Assembly (NCBI GenBank): GCA_030390025.1
Contig: CM059432.1
Coordinates: 116,314,001 to 116,378,000, forward strand
DNA length: 64,000 bases
Direction: 5' to 3'
Source: Squalus acanthias
Taxonomy: Eukaryota
Part shown: piece after piece, positions 1-10,980 of the stretch
Numbering within the stretch: the first letter of the stretch is position 1
How the letters are laid out: each line of letters begins with the position of its first letter
Translations under genes and position numbers: made by a program
The notes under the pieces: model-generated
Seen by the model: the letters and a program-made list of their open reading frames with translations, nothing else
What the model was told of the DNA's origin: nothing
Database searches by the model: none

Positions 1-1
1 T

Positions 2-1810
2 GGAGCGGCTCTTGTAGGACGCCGGTGGACGTGGAACGGCCGGGCGTGGAGCAGCCGGGTGAACTGGCTTGAGGGCAGGTCGGCTGCGTGGCGGTGGACG
101 AGCTACAGGGACCTGCTCACCGGGCTCCGAGTGTGCTGGCTTGAGTCGGTCAACCGACACTTTTTCGGTCCTGTCGCCCACTTGCAGGGTGAAAAATTTG
201 TCCCCAGCCTGTAGCACCTTGTAGGGCCCATTGTACGGGGGTTGAAGGGGTCCGCGGCGGGCGTCGTGCCGGACGAAAATGAGCCGTGCCTGGTGCAGGC
301 TTAGTGGGACGTGTGAGGTGGATTCGCCGTGTCGGGCAATGGGCACCGGGGCGAACTGAAGCGCCGGTGAGGCGAAGTCGTGGCGTTGCTGGTCGGCTGA
401 CCAGGGTGTCGTGGCGGTGGGCAGGAACTCGCCGGGTACGCGCAGCGGCTGACTGTACACGAGCTCTGCTGCCGATGCATGGAGGTCTTCTTTAACCGCG
501 GTGCGCAGGCCAAGGAGGACCCACGGGAGTCGGTCGGTCCAGGCGCTGTCCTGGAGGCTTGCTCGAAGAGATGCCTTCAAGGATCTGTGGAACCGCTCAC
601 ACAGTCCGTTGGCTTGGGGGTGGTACGCTGTGGTGCGGTGAATGGTCACCCCGAGATTGCGTGCGACCGCGGTCCAGAGTTCAGAGGTAAATTGCGGACC
701 TCTGTCCGACATCATGTCGGAGGGAACGCCGAACCGTGCGACCCAGGTGCTGACGAAGGCTCTGGCGATGTCGGCGGTGGTGGTAGAGGTCAGTGGAATT
801 GCCTCGGGCCAGCGCGTGGTGCCCTCAACGATCGTCAGCAAGTGCGTGTGGCCTTGCGACGGCGGCAGGGGCCCGACGATGTCCACGTGGATGTGGTCGA
901 ATCTACGCGAAGGGACGGTAAACTCCTCGAGGGGTGCTTTCGTGTGTTGCTGCACCTTGGCCCGTTGGCAGGCTAGGCAGGAGTTGGCCCAAGTGCGCAC
1001 ATCCTTGCGAAGGCCGCGCCAGACAAAGCGGTTGGCTACCAATTTGATGGATGCGCGGGCGCCGGGGTGGGAGAGGTTGTGGAGAATCTCGAAAACCCGG
1101 CGGCGCCAGGACGCTGGGACGACGGGCCGAGGTTGACATAGGGATATGTCGCACTTGACCGTGACTGCGGTCGGGCCACAGGCGACGTCGGCCAGGCGTA
1201 GCCCTGGTAGGTTGGTAGGTGCGGAGAGCAGATCAGGGTCGGTGATCTGGTCTGCTGCGAGTTGAGCATAGTTGACTGTCAGGTGTGCGGCGTGGATGGC
1301 GGGGCGGGACAGGCAGTCGGCTACCACATTGTCTCGGCCGGAGACGTGTTGGATGTCCGTGGTGAACTCGGACACTGCCCCGAGCTGGCGCTGCTGCCTG
1401 GTGGACCAGGGGTCGGTTGTCTTTGCCATTGCGAATGTCAGGGGTTTGTGGTCGACAAACGCAGTGAAGGGGTGGCCCTCCAGCAAAAACCGAAAATGGC
1501 GGACCGCCAGGAACAGCGCGAGGAGCTCGCAGTCGAAGGTGCTGTACTTGACCTCCGGGGGGCGTAGTTGGCGGCTGAAGAAGGCAAGTGGTTGCCAGGC
1601 GCCGTCGACCCACTGCTCATACACGGCGCCGACCGATTGGTCGGAGGCGTCCGTGGTGAGCGCTACCCTGGCATTGGGCCGTGGGTGCGCGAGCAGGGTG
1701 GCGTTGGCGAGCGCGGTCTTGGTGGAGTCGAAGGCAGCTGACGCGTCTGCCGTCCATTCGACCGCCATCTTGCCGCTCCTGCCCCAGAGGGCTTCATACA
1801 GGGGCCTCAT
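2..1810 (-). CDS. Gypsy RNase H-integrase reading frame (no stop before window edge, so missing from ORF track)
   Basis: Hand translation from MRPLYEALW through DASDQSVGAV, HPGARASIKL, HVDIVGPLP, SDRGPQF, NGLCERFHR to PYNGPYKV and VSVDRLKPAH. Confidence 0.75.
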   Translation of the reverse strand, partial: MRPLYEALWGRSGKMAVEWTADASAAFDSTKTALANATLLAHPRPNARVALTTDASDQSVGAVYEQWVDGAWQPLAFFSRQLRPPEVKYSTFDCELLALFLAVRHFRFLLEGHPFTAFVDHKPLTFAMAKTTDPWSTRQQRQLGAVSEFTTDIQHVSGRDNVVADCLSRPAIHAAHLTVNYAQLAADQITDPDLLSAPTNLPGLRLADVACGPTAVTVKCDISLCQPRPVVPASWRRRVFEILHNLSHPGARASIKLVANRFVWRGLRKDVRTWANSCLACQRAKVQQHTKAPLEEFTVPSRRFDHIHVDIVGPLPPSQGHTHLLTIVEGTTRWPEAIPLTSTTTADIARAFVSTWVARFGVPSDMMSDRGPQFTSELWTAVARNLGVTIHRTTAYHPQANGLCERFHRSLKASLRASLQDSAWTDRLPWVLLGLRTAVKEDLHASAAELVYSQPLRVPGEFLPTATTPWSADQQRHDFASPALQFAPVPIARHGESTSHVPLSLHQARLIFVRHDARRGPLQPPYNGPYKVLQAGDKFFTLQVGDRTEKVSVDRLKPAHSEPGEQVPVARPPPRSRPALKPVHPAAPRPAVPRPPASYKSRS

Positions 1811-2893
1811 GAGGGATGAAGCGTTTGTAGAAATTCACCATCCCGAGGAACTGCTGGAGGCCTTTGATGGTGGTGGGGCGGGGAAATTGTTGGATGGCCT
1901 GCACCTTGGTGGGCAGGGGAATGGCCCCAGCATGGGTGATGTGGTGGCCGAGGAAGTCGATCTTGTCCAGGCCAAACTGGCATTTGGCTGGGCTGAGGAT
2001 GAGCCCGTGGTCGCTGAGACTCCCGAACAGGATGCGAAGGTGTTCGAGGTGTTCCTGCTTGGAGGAACTGGCTACCAGGATGTCGTCCAGGTAGACGAAC
2101 AGGAACTTCAGGTCCTGAAGGACCGAGTCCATGAGCCGTTGGAATGCCTAGGCCGCGTTTTTGAGGCCGAAGGGCATCCGCAGGAACTCGAAAAGGCCGA
2201 AGGGGGTGATTACGGCCGTCTTGGGGACGTCCGCGGGGTGGACGGGGACTTGGTGGTAGCTGCGCACCAGGTCGACCTTGGAAAAGACTGAGCGGCCGGC
2301 CAGTCTAGCCGAGAAGTCCTGGATGTGCGGCACGGGGTACCGATCAGGGGTGGTGGCGTCGTTGAGGCGGCGGTAATCCCCGCAGGGGCGCCAACCCCCG
2401 CCTGGTTTGGGGGCGATGTGGAGTGGGGAGGCCCAGGGACTGTTGGAGCGGCGGATGATGCCGAGCTGTTCCATGGTGGCAAACTCGGTCCGCGCGATCT
2501 CCAGTTTGGCCGGGTCCAGCCTGCGGGTGTGGGCGTACACTGGGGGGCCTGTGGTGGGGATGAAGTGTTCCACCCCATGTTTACCGGCCTCCGCGGAGAA
2601 GGTCGGATTGGTAAGGGCCGGGAATTCGGCCAGGAGTGCCGAGTAGTCATCTGTGGCCTGGGCGTGGCACTGTGACGCCATATCGGCGGGTTGACGGGGG
2701 GCCATGGCGCCCAGGATGGGGGACATGGTGTTCATGTCCACGAGGCGGTGTCGAGGGATGTCTACCAGTAGGCCGTGGGTGCACAGGAAATCTGCGCCGA
2801 TGAGAGGGGAGAGCACCTTGGCCGTGATGAACTCCCATCGGTAGCGGTGACCAGCGAGGTCGAGGGTTGCCGTACATCGGGATGTCCGAGCTG

Positions 2894-3736
2894 TTAGCAG
2901 CAGCCAGCGCTTATCCTCGTTTGCCCTTTTGGATGTCGAGGGCGGATGATGCTGTGCTGAGCTCCAGTGTCGCACAGGAACCGGCGGCCGGTTTTGTCAT
3001 CCGTGACGTACAGCAGGGAGCCCGCGTGGCCCACGGCCATCGTGGGGGCTGGTACGGGGGCGGACTTGAAAGAGCAGGGAGGTGTGCACCGTTGTGCCTT
3101 GGCGCCGAACCGTGCGTGGTAGTAACAGTGGCCCGGGTTAGTGGGGCGCGAAGGCCCTATGAGCCCGGTGGCTGGGCCTTGTGGCCGCGTGGTGGCCGGT
3201 GAGGGGCGCGCCCAGGCAGTGGCTGCCAGGTCCGGAGTGATGTCACGGCTGGAGTGAGCGGACAGCAGCTTGTCGGCCTCATCGGCCAGGGCTTCCAGGT
3301 CCGTGAGGCCGGACGCCACGATCGCTGGGCGGATGCTGAGAGGTAGCTGGCGGATGAACAGCGTGCGGAAGAGGGATCCGGGTGGGCTCTCGTCGGTGAG
3401 GGAGAGCATGTGGGAGAGGAGGTCTGACGGTGAGGCATCACCGAGGCCTGGAAGGTCGAGGAGGTGGCAGTTTCGCTGGTATGTCGAGGCCGTAAATTTT
3501 TTAAGGAGCGCGGCCTTAAGATGTGCATACTTGCCCTCCTCTGGTGGGTTCTGCAGCGCTGTCCAGACCTTCGTAACTGTGGAGCTACCGAGTGATGTGA
3601 TGAGGTAGTCGTACTTCGTCCCATCTGTGGTGATTTGTTGCAGCCGGAATCGGGACTCAGCTTGGAAGAACCAGGCTTCGGGCTGGTTTTCCCAAAACTC
3701 CGGCAGTTTCACGGAAACTGCGTTCATGTCCGCCAT
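2894..3736 (-). CDS. Gypsy Gag running into protease start, then frameshifted
   Basis: 280-aa ORF with VSVKLPEFW and a CYYH..C..C knuckle-like motif followed by FLCDTGAQHSII. Confidence 0.8.
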   Translation of the reverse strand: MADMNAVSVKLPEFWENQPEAWFFQAESRFRLQQITTDGTKYDYLITSLGSSTVTKVWTALQNPPEEGKYAHLKAALLKKFTASTYQRNCHLLDLPGLGDASPSDLLSHMLSLTDESPPGSLFRTLFIRQLPLSIRPAIVASGLTDLEALADEADKLLSAHSSRDITPDLAATAWARPSPATTRPQGPATGLIGPSRPTNPGHCYYHARFGAKAQRCTPPCSFKSAPVPAPTMAVGHAGSLLYVTDDKTGRRFLCDTGAQHSIIRPRHPKGQTRISAGCC

Positions 3737-3760
3737 TGCAGTGCTCGGAATACGTTCTGA

Positions 3761-3773
3761 ACGTCGGGGTCAC
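3761..3773 (-). promoter_or_regulatory. Primer-binding site complementary to the tRNA-Trp 3' end
   Basis: Minus-strand GTGACCCCGACGT, 24 nt upstream of the gag ATG; tRNA-Trp ends ...ACGUCGGGGUCACCA. Confidence 0.75.
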
Positions 3774-4022
3774 TTTTGAAGAGAATAGGCATTCTCCCAG
3801 TCTCCTGACCAACATTTATCCTCAACAAACATCATTAAAACAGATGATCTGGTCATATATCTCATTACTGTTTGTAGGACCTTGCTGTGTGCGAATTGGC
3901 TGCTGTGTTTCTCTACATTGCAACAGTGACTACACTTCAAAAGTACTTCATTGGCTGTAAAACACTTTGGGGCATCCAGGGGTCATGAAAGGTGCTATAT
4001 AAATGCAAGTTCTTTCTTGCTT
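3774..4022 (+). repeat. 3' part of Deu-domain SINE
   Basis: cttgctgtgtgcgaattggctgctgtgtttc...gaaaggtgctatataaatgcaag, same as full copies at 40536 and 51397. Confidence 0.75.
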
Positions 4023-4371
4023 TCTAACATCATCCACAGCAGCCTACAACCAGCACTGGGGGAAGTCAGTGTGTAGAAGCAGCACAGCAAATCTTCTCTT
4101 AATAAAGGCACTATGAATTGACATTTGGGTGATTAATGATTTGAAGAAACTGATTTTGTTTGGGGGCACATTAAAACCTTTATCACTTTTGACACATTGG
4201 TCTGCAGCATGTGTTGTAGGGCACATTCTGAGATTGGCTTGTCAGTAAGTCATTGATGTAAAAGTTGGCTGAATGGTTTCAATGTTATACAATGTAAGAT
4301 TAAGGGTGTGGTGAAAAAGGATGCCAGGACTATTAATGCAAAGGGGTTTGGTTTCAGTATTCAGGAGATTT

Positions 4372-5780
4372 TTTTTAATATTTGTTCATGGGATGTGGGC
4401 GTCGCTGGCAAGGCCAGCATTTATTGCCCATTCCTAATTATCCTCGAGAAGGTGGTGGTGAGCTGTCTCCTTGAACTGCTGCAGTCCGTGTGGTGAAGGT
4501 ACTCCCACAGTGCTGTTTGGGAGAGAGTTCCAGGATTTTGACCCAGCGACGATAAAGGAAAGGTGATATATTTCCAAGTCAGGATGGTGTGTGACTTGGA
4601 GGGGAACTTGCAGGTGATGGTGTTCCCATGTGCCTGCTGCCCTTGTCCTTATAGCTGGTAGAGGTCGTGGGTTTGGGAGGTGCTGTCGAAGGAGCCTTGG
4701 CGAGTTGCTGCAGTGCATCTTGTAGATGGTACACACTGTAGCCATGGTACGCCGGTGGTGGAGGGAGTGAATGCTTAAGGTGGTGGATGGGGTGCCAATG
4801 AAATGGGCTGCTTTGTCCTGAATGGTGTCAAGCTTCTTGAGTGCTGTTGGAGCTGCACTCATCCAGGCAAGTGGAGAGTATTCCATGACACTCCTGACTT
4901 GTGCCTTGTAGATGGTGGAAAGGGTTTGGGGAGTCAGGAGGTGAGACACTTGCTGCAGAATACTCAGCCTCTGACCTGCTCTTTTGGCCACAGTATTTAT
5001 GTGGCTGGTCCAGTTAAGTTTCTGGTCAATGGTGACCCCCAGGATATTGATGGTGGGGGGTATGGTGATGGTAATGCCGTTGAATGTCAAGAGGCGGTGG
5101 TTAAACTATCTCTTGTTGGAAATAGTCATTGCCTGGCACTTGTGTGGCGTGAATGTTACTTGTCACTTATCAGCCCAAGCCTGAATGTCATCCAGGTCTT
5201 GCTGCATGCGGGCATGGACTGCTTCATTATCTGAGGAGTTGCGAATGGAACTGAACACTGTGCAATCATCAGCAAACATCCCCACTTCTGACCTTATAAT
5301 GGAGGGAATGTCATTGAGAAAGCAGCTGAAGATGGTTGGGCCTAGGACACTGCCCTGAGGAACGCCTGCAGCAATGTCCTGGGGCTGAGATGATTGGCCT
5401 TCAACAACCACAACTATCTTCCTTTGTGCTAGGTATGACTCAAGCCAGTGGAGAGTTTTCCCCCTGATCCCCATTGACTTCAGTTTTATTAGGGCTCCTT
5501 GATGCTATATTCGGTCAAATGCTGCCTTGATGTCAAGGGCAGTCACTCTCACCTCACCTCTGGAATTCAGCCCTTTTGTCCATGTTTGGACCAAGGCTGT
5601 AATGAGGTCGGGAGCAGAGTGGTCTTGGCAGAACTCAAACTGAGCATCGGTGAGCAGGTTATTGGTGAGTAAGTGCCGCTTGATAGCACTGTCGATGACA
5701 CCTTCCATCACTTTGCTGATGATTGAGAGTAGACTGATGGGGCGGTAATTGGCCGGATTTGTCCTGCTTTTTGTGGATGG
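4372..5780 (-). mobile_element. 5'-truncated CR1/L2-group LINE (RT and 3' tail)
   Basis: PANYRPISL, LDIKAAFD, GVPQGSVLGP, MFADD, YKAQVRSVMEY in ORFs 5505..5804, 5163..5474, 4434..5090; tail gggcaataaatgctggccttgccagcgacgcccacatccc. Confidence 0.9.
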
Positions 5781-5899
5781 GACTGAGCAGTTCACCTGAA
5801 GCACTGAGCTATTAATTCCTCCCTTGCATCTCGGGCTGCAAGGCCTTGTGGTGGCTCTGTTTCTCCCTCACCTTCGCCTGATTATTGTTATCAATAGAT

Positions 5900-6170
5900 G
5901 TAGTGCTTCGTCCTGGCAAATAGCACATTGATAACCTCCTTGACACTGTTGTGGACCACCGACTGCGAGAAGCTTGAGATGCCCCAGTAGCAGGCTGGAA
6001 GGATCCTGAAGCAAAGAAGTTCAGGGCAGTGGTCATTTTTACAGCCACTGGCAAGGCATGACTTCCTGCTGCAGCAGGCAGCAGGTCTTTTTGCATGAGG
6101 CTGCAGATATCAGCAACAACGTGCCTAGAGAAGCATAGCCTCCTCAGACGCTGCTCCTCAGACAGATCCT
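5900..6170 (-). mobile_element. PIF/Harbinger transposase remnant
   Basis: ALPVAVKMTTALNFFASGSFQ, typical HARBI1-type N-terminal motif. Confidence 0.7.
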
Positions 6171-7455
6171 GTAGAACCTAGAGAACCTAGAAAGCATAGT
6201 ACGAGCTCCTACTGATTAACACCTACTACCCCCCACTCCCCCCCCCCCTCTATAAAGCCACTTTGAACACCACTTGGAGGAAGCAAGGGTACAGAATGTA
6301 CTCTGGATGGGGGGCTTCAATGCCCATCATTAAGAATGTCTCAGTTGACTACCACTGACCGAGCTGGCCGAGTCCTGAAGGACACAGCTGCCAGACTGGG
6401 CTTGCGGCAGGTGGTGTGAAAACCAACACGAGGGAAAAAGCTACTTGACCTCATCCAAACCAATCTACCTGTTGCAGATGTGTCTATCCATGGCAGCATT
6501 GGTAGCAGTGACCACCAAACAGTCATCTTGGAGACCAAGTCCCATCTTCTGATTGAGGCCACCCTCCATCATAAGTGAGATATATTAATAACAGATCTAG
6601 CAGCTTAAAACTGGGCAGCCATGAGGTGCTGTGGGCCTATCAGCAGCATCAGAATTGTATTCCACCACGATCTGTAACCATATGGCCTAGCAGATACCTC
6701 ATTCTGCCATCAATATCAAGCCAGACAACCAACCCTGGTTGAATGAGGAGTGTAGAAGAGCATGCCGATAGCAGCACCAGGTATTCCTGAAAATGAGGCG
6801 CTAACCTGGTGAAGCTACAACACAGGACTACATGCATGCTAAACAGCAAAAGCAGCATACTATAGATAGATCTAAGCGATCCCACAACGAACAGATCAGG
6901 TCAAAGCTCTGTAACCCTGCCAAATCCAGTCGGGAATAGTGGTGGACAATTAAACAAGTAGCTGGTGGAGGAGGCTCATGAACATTCCCATCCTCAATGA
7001 TGGCGCAGCCCAGCACGTGAGTGCAAAAGACAAGGCTGAAGTGTTCACAACCAGCTTCAGTCAGAAGTGCTGAGTGGATGATCCATCTCGGCCTCCTCCT
7101 GAGGTCCCCACCATCACAGATGCCAGTCCTCAGCCAATTCAATTCACGCCACGGGACATCAAGAAATGGCTGAGTACACTAAGGTTATGAGCCTGACATC
7201 GGCTGTAGTGCTGAAGACCTGTGCTCCAGAACTAACCATGCCTCTAGCTGCAGTGCAGCTACAATGCTGGCATCTACCCAACAAGATGGAAAATTGCCCA
7301 GTTATGTCCTAACCACAAAAAGCCAGACAAAAAACTAAATGGTACAATTTTAAAGGGGCTGCAGGAACAGAGAGACCTGGGGGTGTATGCACACAGATCT
7401 TTGAAGGTGGCAGGACAAGTTAAAGTATATGGGATCCTGGGCTTTATAAATAGAG

Positions 7456-7541
7456 AGGTCGCACAACACCAGGTTATAGTCCAACAGTTTTATTTGAAAT
7501 CACAAGCTTTCGGAGCTATCGATTGCTCCTTCCTCAGGTGA
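7456..7541 (-). mobile_element. Penelope-like element terminus (family A) with minimal hammerhead core
   Basis: Shares gtcgcacaacaccaggttatagtccaacag with 56868, 59141, 59958 inserts; minus strand TCAC-CTGAGGA-A-GGAGC..GCTCC-GAAAGCTT-GTGA. Confidence 0.7.
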
Positions 7542-7557
7542 AGGCATTAATATGGCA

Positions 7558-8730
7558 TTGGGCTGGATTTTGATACTGGGGCGTGTTGGGGTCGTGTCAT
7601 CCACTTTTCATGTTATGCACCCGACTGCAATTGGATGTGGGAGATTGATGCAATTTTCACCTAATTGGGCAATTGAGTTCCAGCATGTGGGAACCCATGA
7701 ACCAATTAGTGGTTTCAGTCTGAAAGTCGCCTCTGATGATGTCATCATTGCTGCTGCATTGAAAGTCTTCAAAGACTGCCTGTGAGGACGGGGGGTGGGG
7801 GGAGAAAAGAGAGAGAGAGAGGAGAGAGAGGAGAGAGAGAGAGATTTCAATGGCGTGTTTCACATACGAACATAAGAAATAGGAGCAGGAGTAGGCCAAT
7901 CGGCCCCTCGAGCCTGCTCCGCCATTCAATAAGATCATGGCTGATCTGATCCTAACCTCAAATCTAAAGAACACAAGAAGTAGGAGCAGGACCCGGCCAC
8001 TCAGCCCCTGGGCTCACTCTGCCACCCACAGGGCCCTGACCGATCCGAACACAGCCTCCTGTCCAATTTCCTGGCCGCTCACCGTAACCCCTAATTCCCT
8101 TTACCTCTAGGAAACTATCTATTTTTGTTTTAAATTTATTTAATGATGTAGCTTCCACAGCTTCCTGGGGCAGCAAATTCCACAGACGTACTACCCTCTG
8201 AGTGAAGAAGTTTCTCCTCATCTCAGTTTTGAAAGAGCAGCCCCTGATTCTAAGATTATGCCCCCTAGTTCTAGTTTCACCCATCCTTGGGAACATCCTT
8301 ACCGCATCCACCCGATCAAGCCCCTTCACAATCTTATATGTTTCAATAAGATCGCCTCTCATTCTTCTGAACTCCAATGAGTAGAGTCCCAATCTACTCA
8401 ACCTCTCCTCATATGTCCACCCCCTCATCCCCAGGATTTACCGAGTGAACCTTCTTTGTACATCAGGTGTGCTTCACGTGGGAAAAGGGTTAAACTAGCT
8501 AAAACATTTCAAAATGGCATTACAGAGCCAATTTAGGGCTTGTTAAGGGCTTTAATGGCCTCTCCCGCCTCTTGGAGGCGGGACGGAGTCGGGAACACCG
8601 CACACGATTTTATCAAAATTGCGTGGAGGCGGAATGGAGGCGGGATGGGGTCCACCCGGCACTTTTCGCAATTTTAACCCCCCACACGCCTCCAAACCCG
8701 CCTCCACGGCCCTATGAAAAGCCAGCCCTC
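7558..8730. mobile_element. Non-autonomous Harbinger-like DNA element containing a CR1 insert
   Basis: Termini gggctggattttg / attttaacccc resemble the other Harbinger-like ends in the window; no coding capacity. Confidence 0.45.
7864..8460 (-). mobile_element. CR1 3' fragment with two tandem 3' end motifs
   Basis: ORF 7964..8428 (YEERLSRLGLYSLEFRRMRGDLIE...RNFFTQRVV); flanked by near-duplicate ggcgtgtttcac / ggtgtgcttcac. Confidence 0.85.
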
Positions 8731-10776
8731 AGAGTACAAAAGCAAGGAAGCTATGCTGAACCTTTATAAAACACTAGTTCGGCCTCAGCTGGAGTATTGT
8801 GTCCAATTCTGGACACTACACTTTAGGAAGGACGTGAAGGCTTTGGAGAGGGTACAGAAGAGATTTACTGGAATGGTTCCAGGGATGAGGGATTACAGTT
8901 ACGTAGATAGACTGGAGAAGCTGGGGTTGTTCTCCTTAGAGCAGAGAAGGCTAAGAGGAGATTTAATAGAGGTGTTTAAAATTATGAAGGGTTTAGATAG
9001 AGTAAATAAAGAGAAACTGTTTCCAATGGCTGAAGAGTCAATAACCAGAGGGCACAGATTTAAGGTGATTGGCAAAAGAAGCAGACGCGACATGAGGAAA
9101 AACTTTTTTATGTAACGAGTGGTTAGGATTTGGAATGCACTGCCTGATAGGGTGGTGGATATAGATTCAATAGTAGCCTTCAAAAGGGAATTGGATAAAT
9201 ACTTGAAGGTGAAAAAATTGTAGAGATATGGGGAAAGAGTGGGGGAGTGGAACTAACTGTATTGCCCTTCGAAAGAGCCGGCACAGACTCAATGGGCCGA
9301 ATGGCCTCCTTCCGTGCTGTACTATTCTATGATTCTATGATTTTATTCTATACATCCAACCCGGCCAATTACCGTCCTATCAGCCTATTCCCGATCATCA
9401 GCAAACTGATGGAAGGAATCATCAACAGTGCTATCAAGCGACACTTACTCACCAATAACCTGCTCACTGATGTTCAATTTGGGTTTTGCCAGGACCACTC
9501 AGCTCCAGACATCACTACAGCCTTGGTCTAAATATGGGCACAGGAGTTGAATTCCAAAAATGAGGTGAAAGTGTCTGCTTGACATCAAGACAGCATCCGA
9601 TCGAGTGTCATCGGGTCAAATCCTGGTCCTCCTTACCCAACAGCATTGTGGGAGCACCTTCATAACATGGACTACAGCCATTTAAGAACTAGGCTCATAA
9701 ACACCTTCTCAAGGGCAATAAGGAATGGGCAATAAATGCTGACCTTGCCAGCAGCGCCCACATCCGAATATGAATTAAAAATATATCTAAAGTGAGAAAT
9801 CCCTCCAATTCACCAGCACACAGATGTCAATGATCTGTTGCCTAGACCTTATTAACTCTTAAATACTGAATCCTGCACCCCCTGGAATCAATCCCGCTAG
9901 GTTATATCAAGCAGGTTGGGTAATGGGCGGCTCTTCTGATTTCTTACGTTAATATCATGTTGGGGCCTCAATTGCATCAGAGGACCCCCATTTGCATTCC
10001 ATTCATGAGGCTCCTGCCTGGCTCTGGCAGGTGCCTCGGCCGACTGCAATGTTCATGCTGTCAAAATGGCGGTGGGAGTGAAGTAAGGGGCAATGGCCGG
10101 TAAGTGCATCCAAGCGATTTTTACCCCTCACATGCCAGGTTCTCGCCAGACAGTTAAAACTCTCCCCATTGTACCATTTGAAGATAAAATTGAGATCTGC
10201 ACCACAGTCACTGCGGTCAGATCTGAGGCTCATCTATACAGTGATAGCAGTGGCTTGTTCTGGAGTTCCCTTGGACACCAATCTAAATGGACCTTGTGAT
10301 ATGAGGCTGCATTTATACTGCCAGTTTTGCATCAACATAAAATGCCTTTGGCTGTGCATCAATGCAAAAGTGGCAGTGTAATTTGGGAGACTAGCCAGCG
10401 CACTAAAGCCCTCAAGTGTGAGACCCCTTCCAGCAGGTTGTCTCACACCCATTTGAGTTCCCAAAGAGTGTTGTATAAATCCAGCTGTACATGACTCAGA
10501 GCGAGAACCATAGACCTTAATATGTGAAGGTTGTGAACCTTTCCCTTCCCTCTTCAACGCCTCAATCAACTGCATTAAAATGGACCTGAAATGGCTAAAA
10601 TCCGTTCATTTCTGACTGTCTGTCGGGTTTGCCACTCACCTTTACTCTAGAAATGACTTTTGCCCTGAAATATAACAATGATCGCTAAACTATTGTGTGA
10701 AAGGGTTCCGACTTCAACAGCAAATTTCAACGGTTAGCTCTTTAACCTCTCGGGTAGTCAGTTTGTTGCTTTGATA

Positions 10777-10980
10777 TCATAGTTCTCTCTGACAGGCCTT
10801 AAACAAATTGTACAATTCAGAGAATGTAACCTCCGTAGTCTTCTTATCCACACTGCCATGGTTGGACAGCTCAGCACACCTCTGTACTGCTTTATACAGC
10901 TGGGATTTCAATGGATGGTACACCCTGAGTTCACTCAGCCTTGGCAAGAACAAGGGACGGAAAATTTTATCACAAATAAC
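10777..10980 (-). CDS. DIPK1C: DIPK1C coding exon 4 (67 aa + TGA)
   Basis: Hand translation VICDKIFRPLFLPRLSELRVYHPLKSQLYKAVQRCAELSNHGSVDKKTTEVTFSELYNLFKACQREL*; acceptor tttctcacag at 10981-10990; NNLQ|VICDKIF junction as in DIPK1C. Confidence 0.92.
   Translation of the reverse strand, partial: VICDKIFRPLFLPRLSELRVYHPLKSQLYKAVQRCAELSNHGSVDKKTTEVTFSELYNLFKACQREL

Larger units (their letters stand above)
1..3773 (-). mobile_element. Ty3/Gypsy LTR retrotransposon internal region (gag-PR-RT-RNaseH-IN), defective, runs off window start
   Basis: Gag VKLPEFW...CYYHARFGAKAQRC (ATG 3736); protease DTGA ~2960-2971; RT PCGDYRRLN, RMPFGLKNA, YLDD; RNase H DASD/RELLA; IN HPG..C..C, HVDIVGP, SDRG, NGLCERF, GPY. 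In-frame TAG at 2148-2150 and frameshifts near 2940-2880 and 1810. Confidence 0.95.
7331..9345 (+). mobile_element. CR1 3' fragment, itself interrupted at ~7456-8730
   Basis: RDLGV..H.SLKVAGQV...GFINR continues at 8731 as EYKSKEAMLNLYKTLVRPQLEYC...RRLRGDLIE; (TTCTATGA)n tail. Confidence 0.85.
6190..9780 (+). mobile_element. Decayed CR1/L2-group LINE (same family as 4372-5780), split by nested inserts at ~7331-9350
   Basis: Endonuclease remnants (GGFNAHH, LLDLIQTN, IGSSDHQTV); HKKPDK at ~7315-7330 resumes as SNPANYRPISL at ~9355; same 3' tail at 9700-9780. Confidence 0.75.

Noticed and set aside
286..3608. Long plus-strand ORFs such as 1272..2291 (339 aa) and 479..976
   Set aside because: Antisense shadows of the GC-rich Gypsy pol; no independent motifs.
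9780..10776. DIPK1C polyadenylation site
   Set aside because: I found no canonical minus-strand AATAAA in this interval, so the 3' end cannot be placed.
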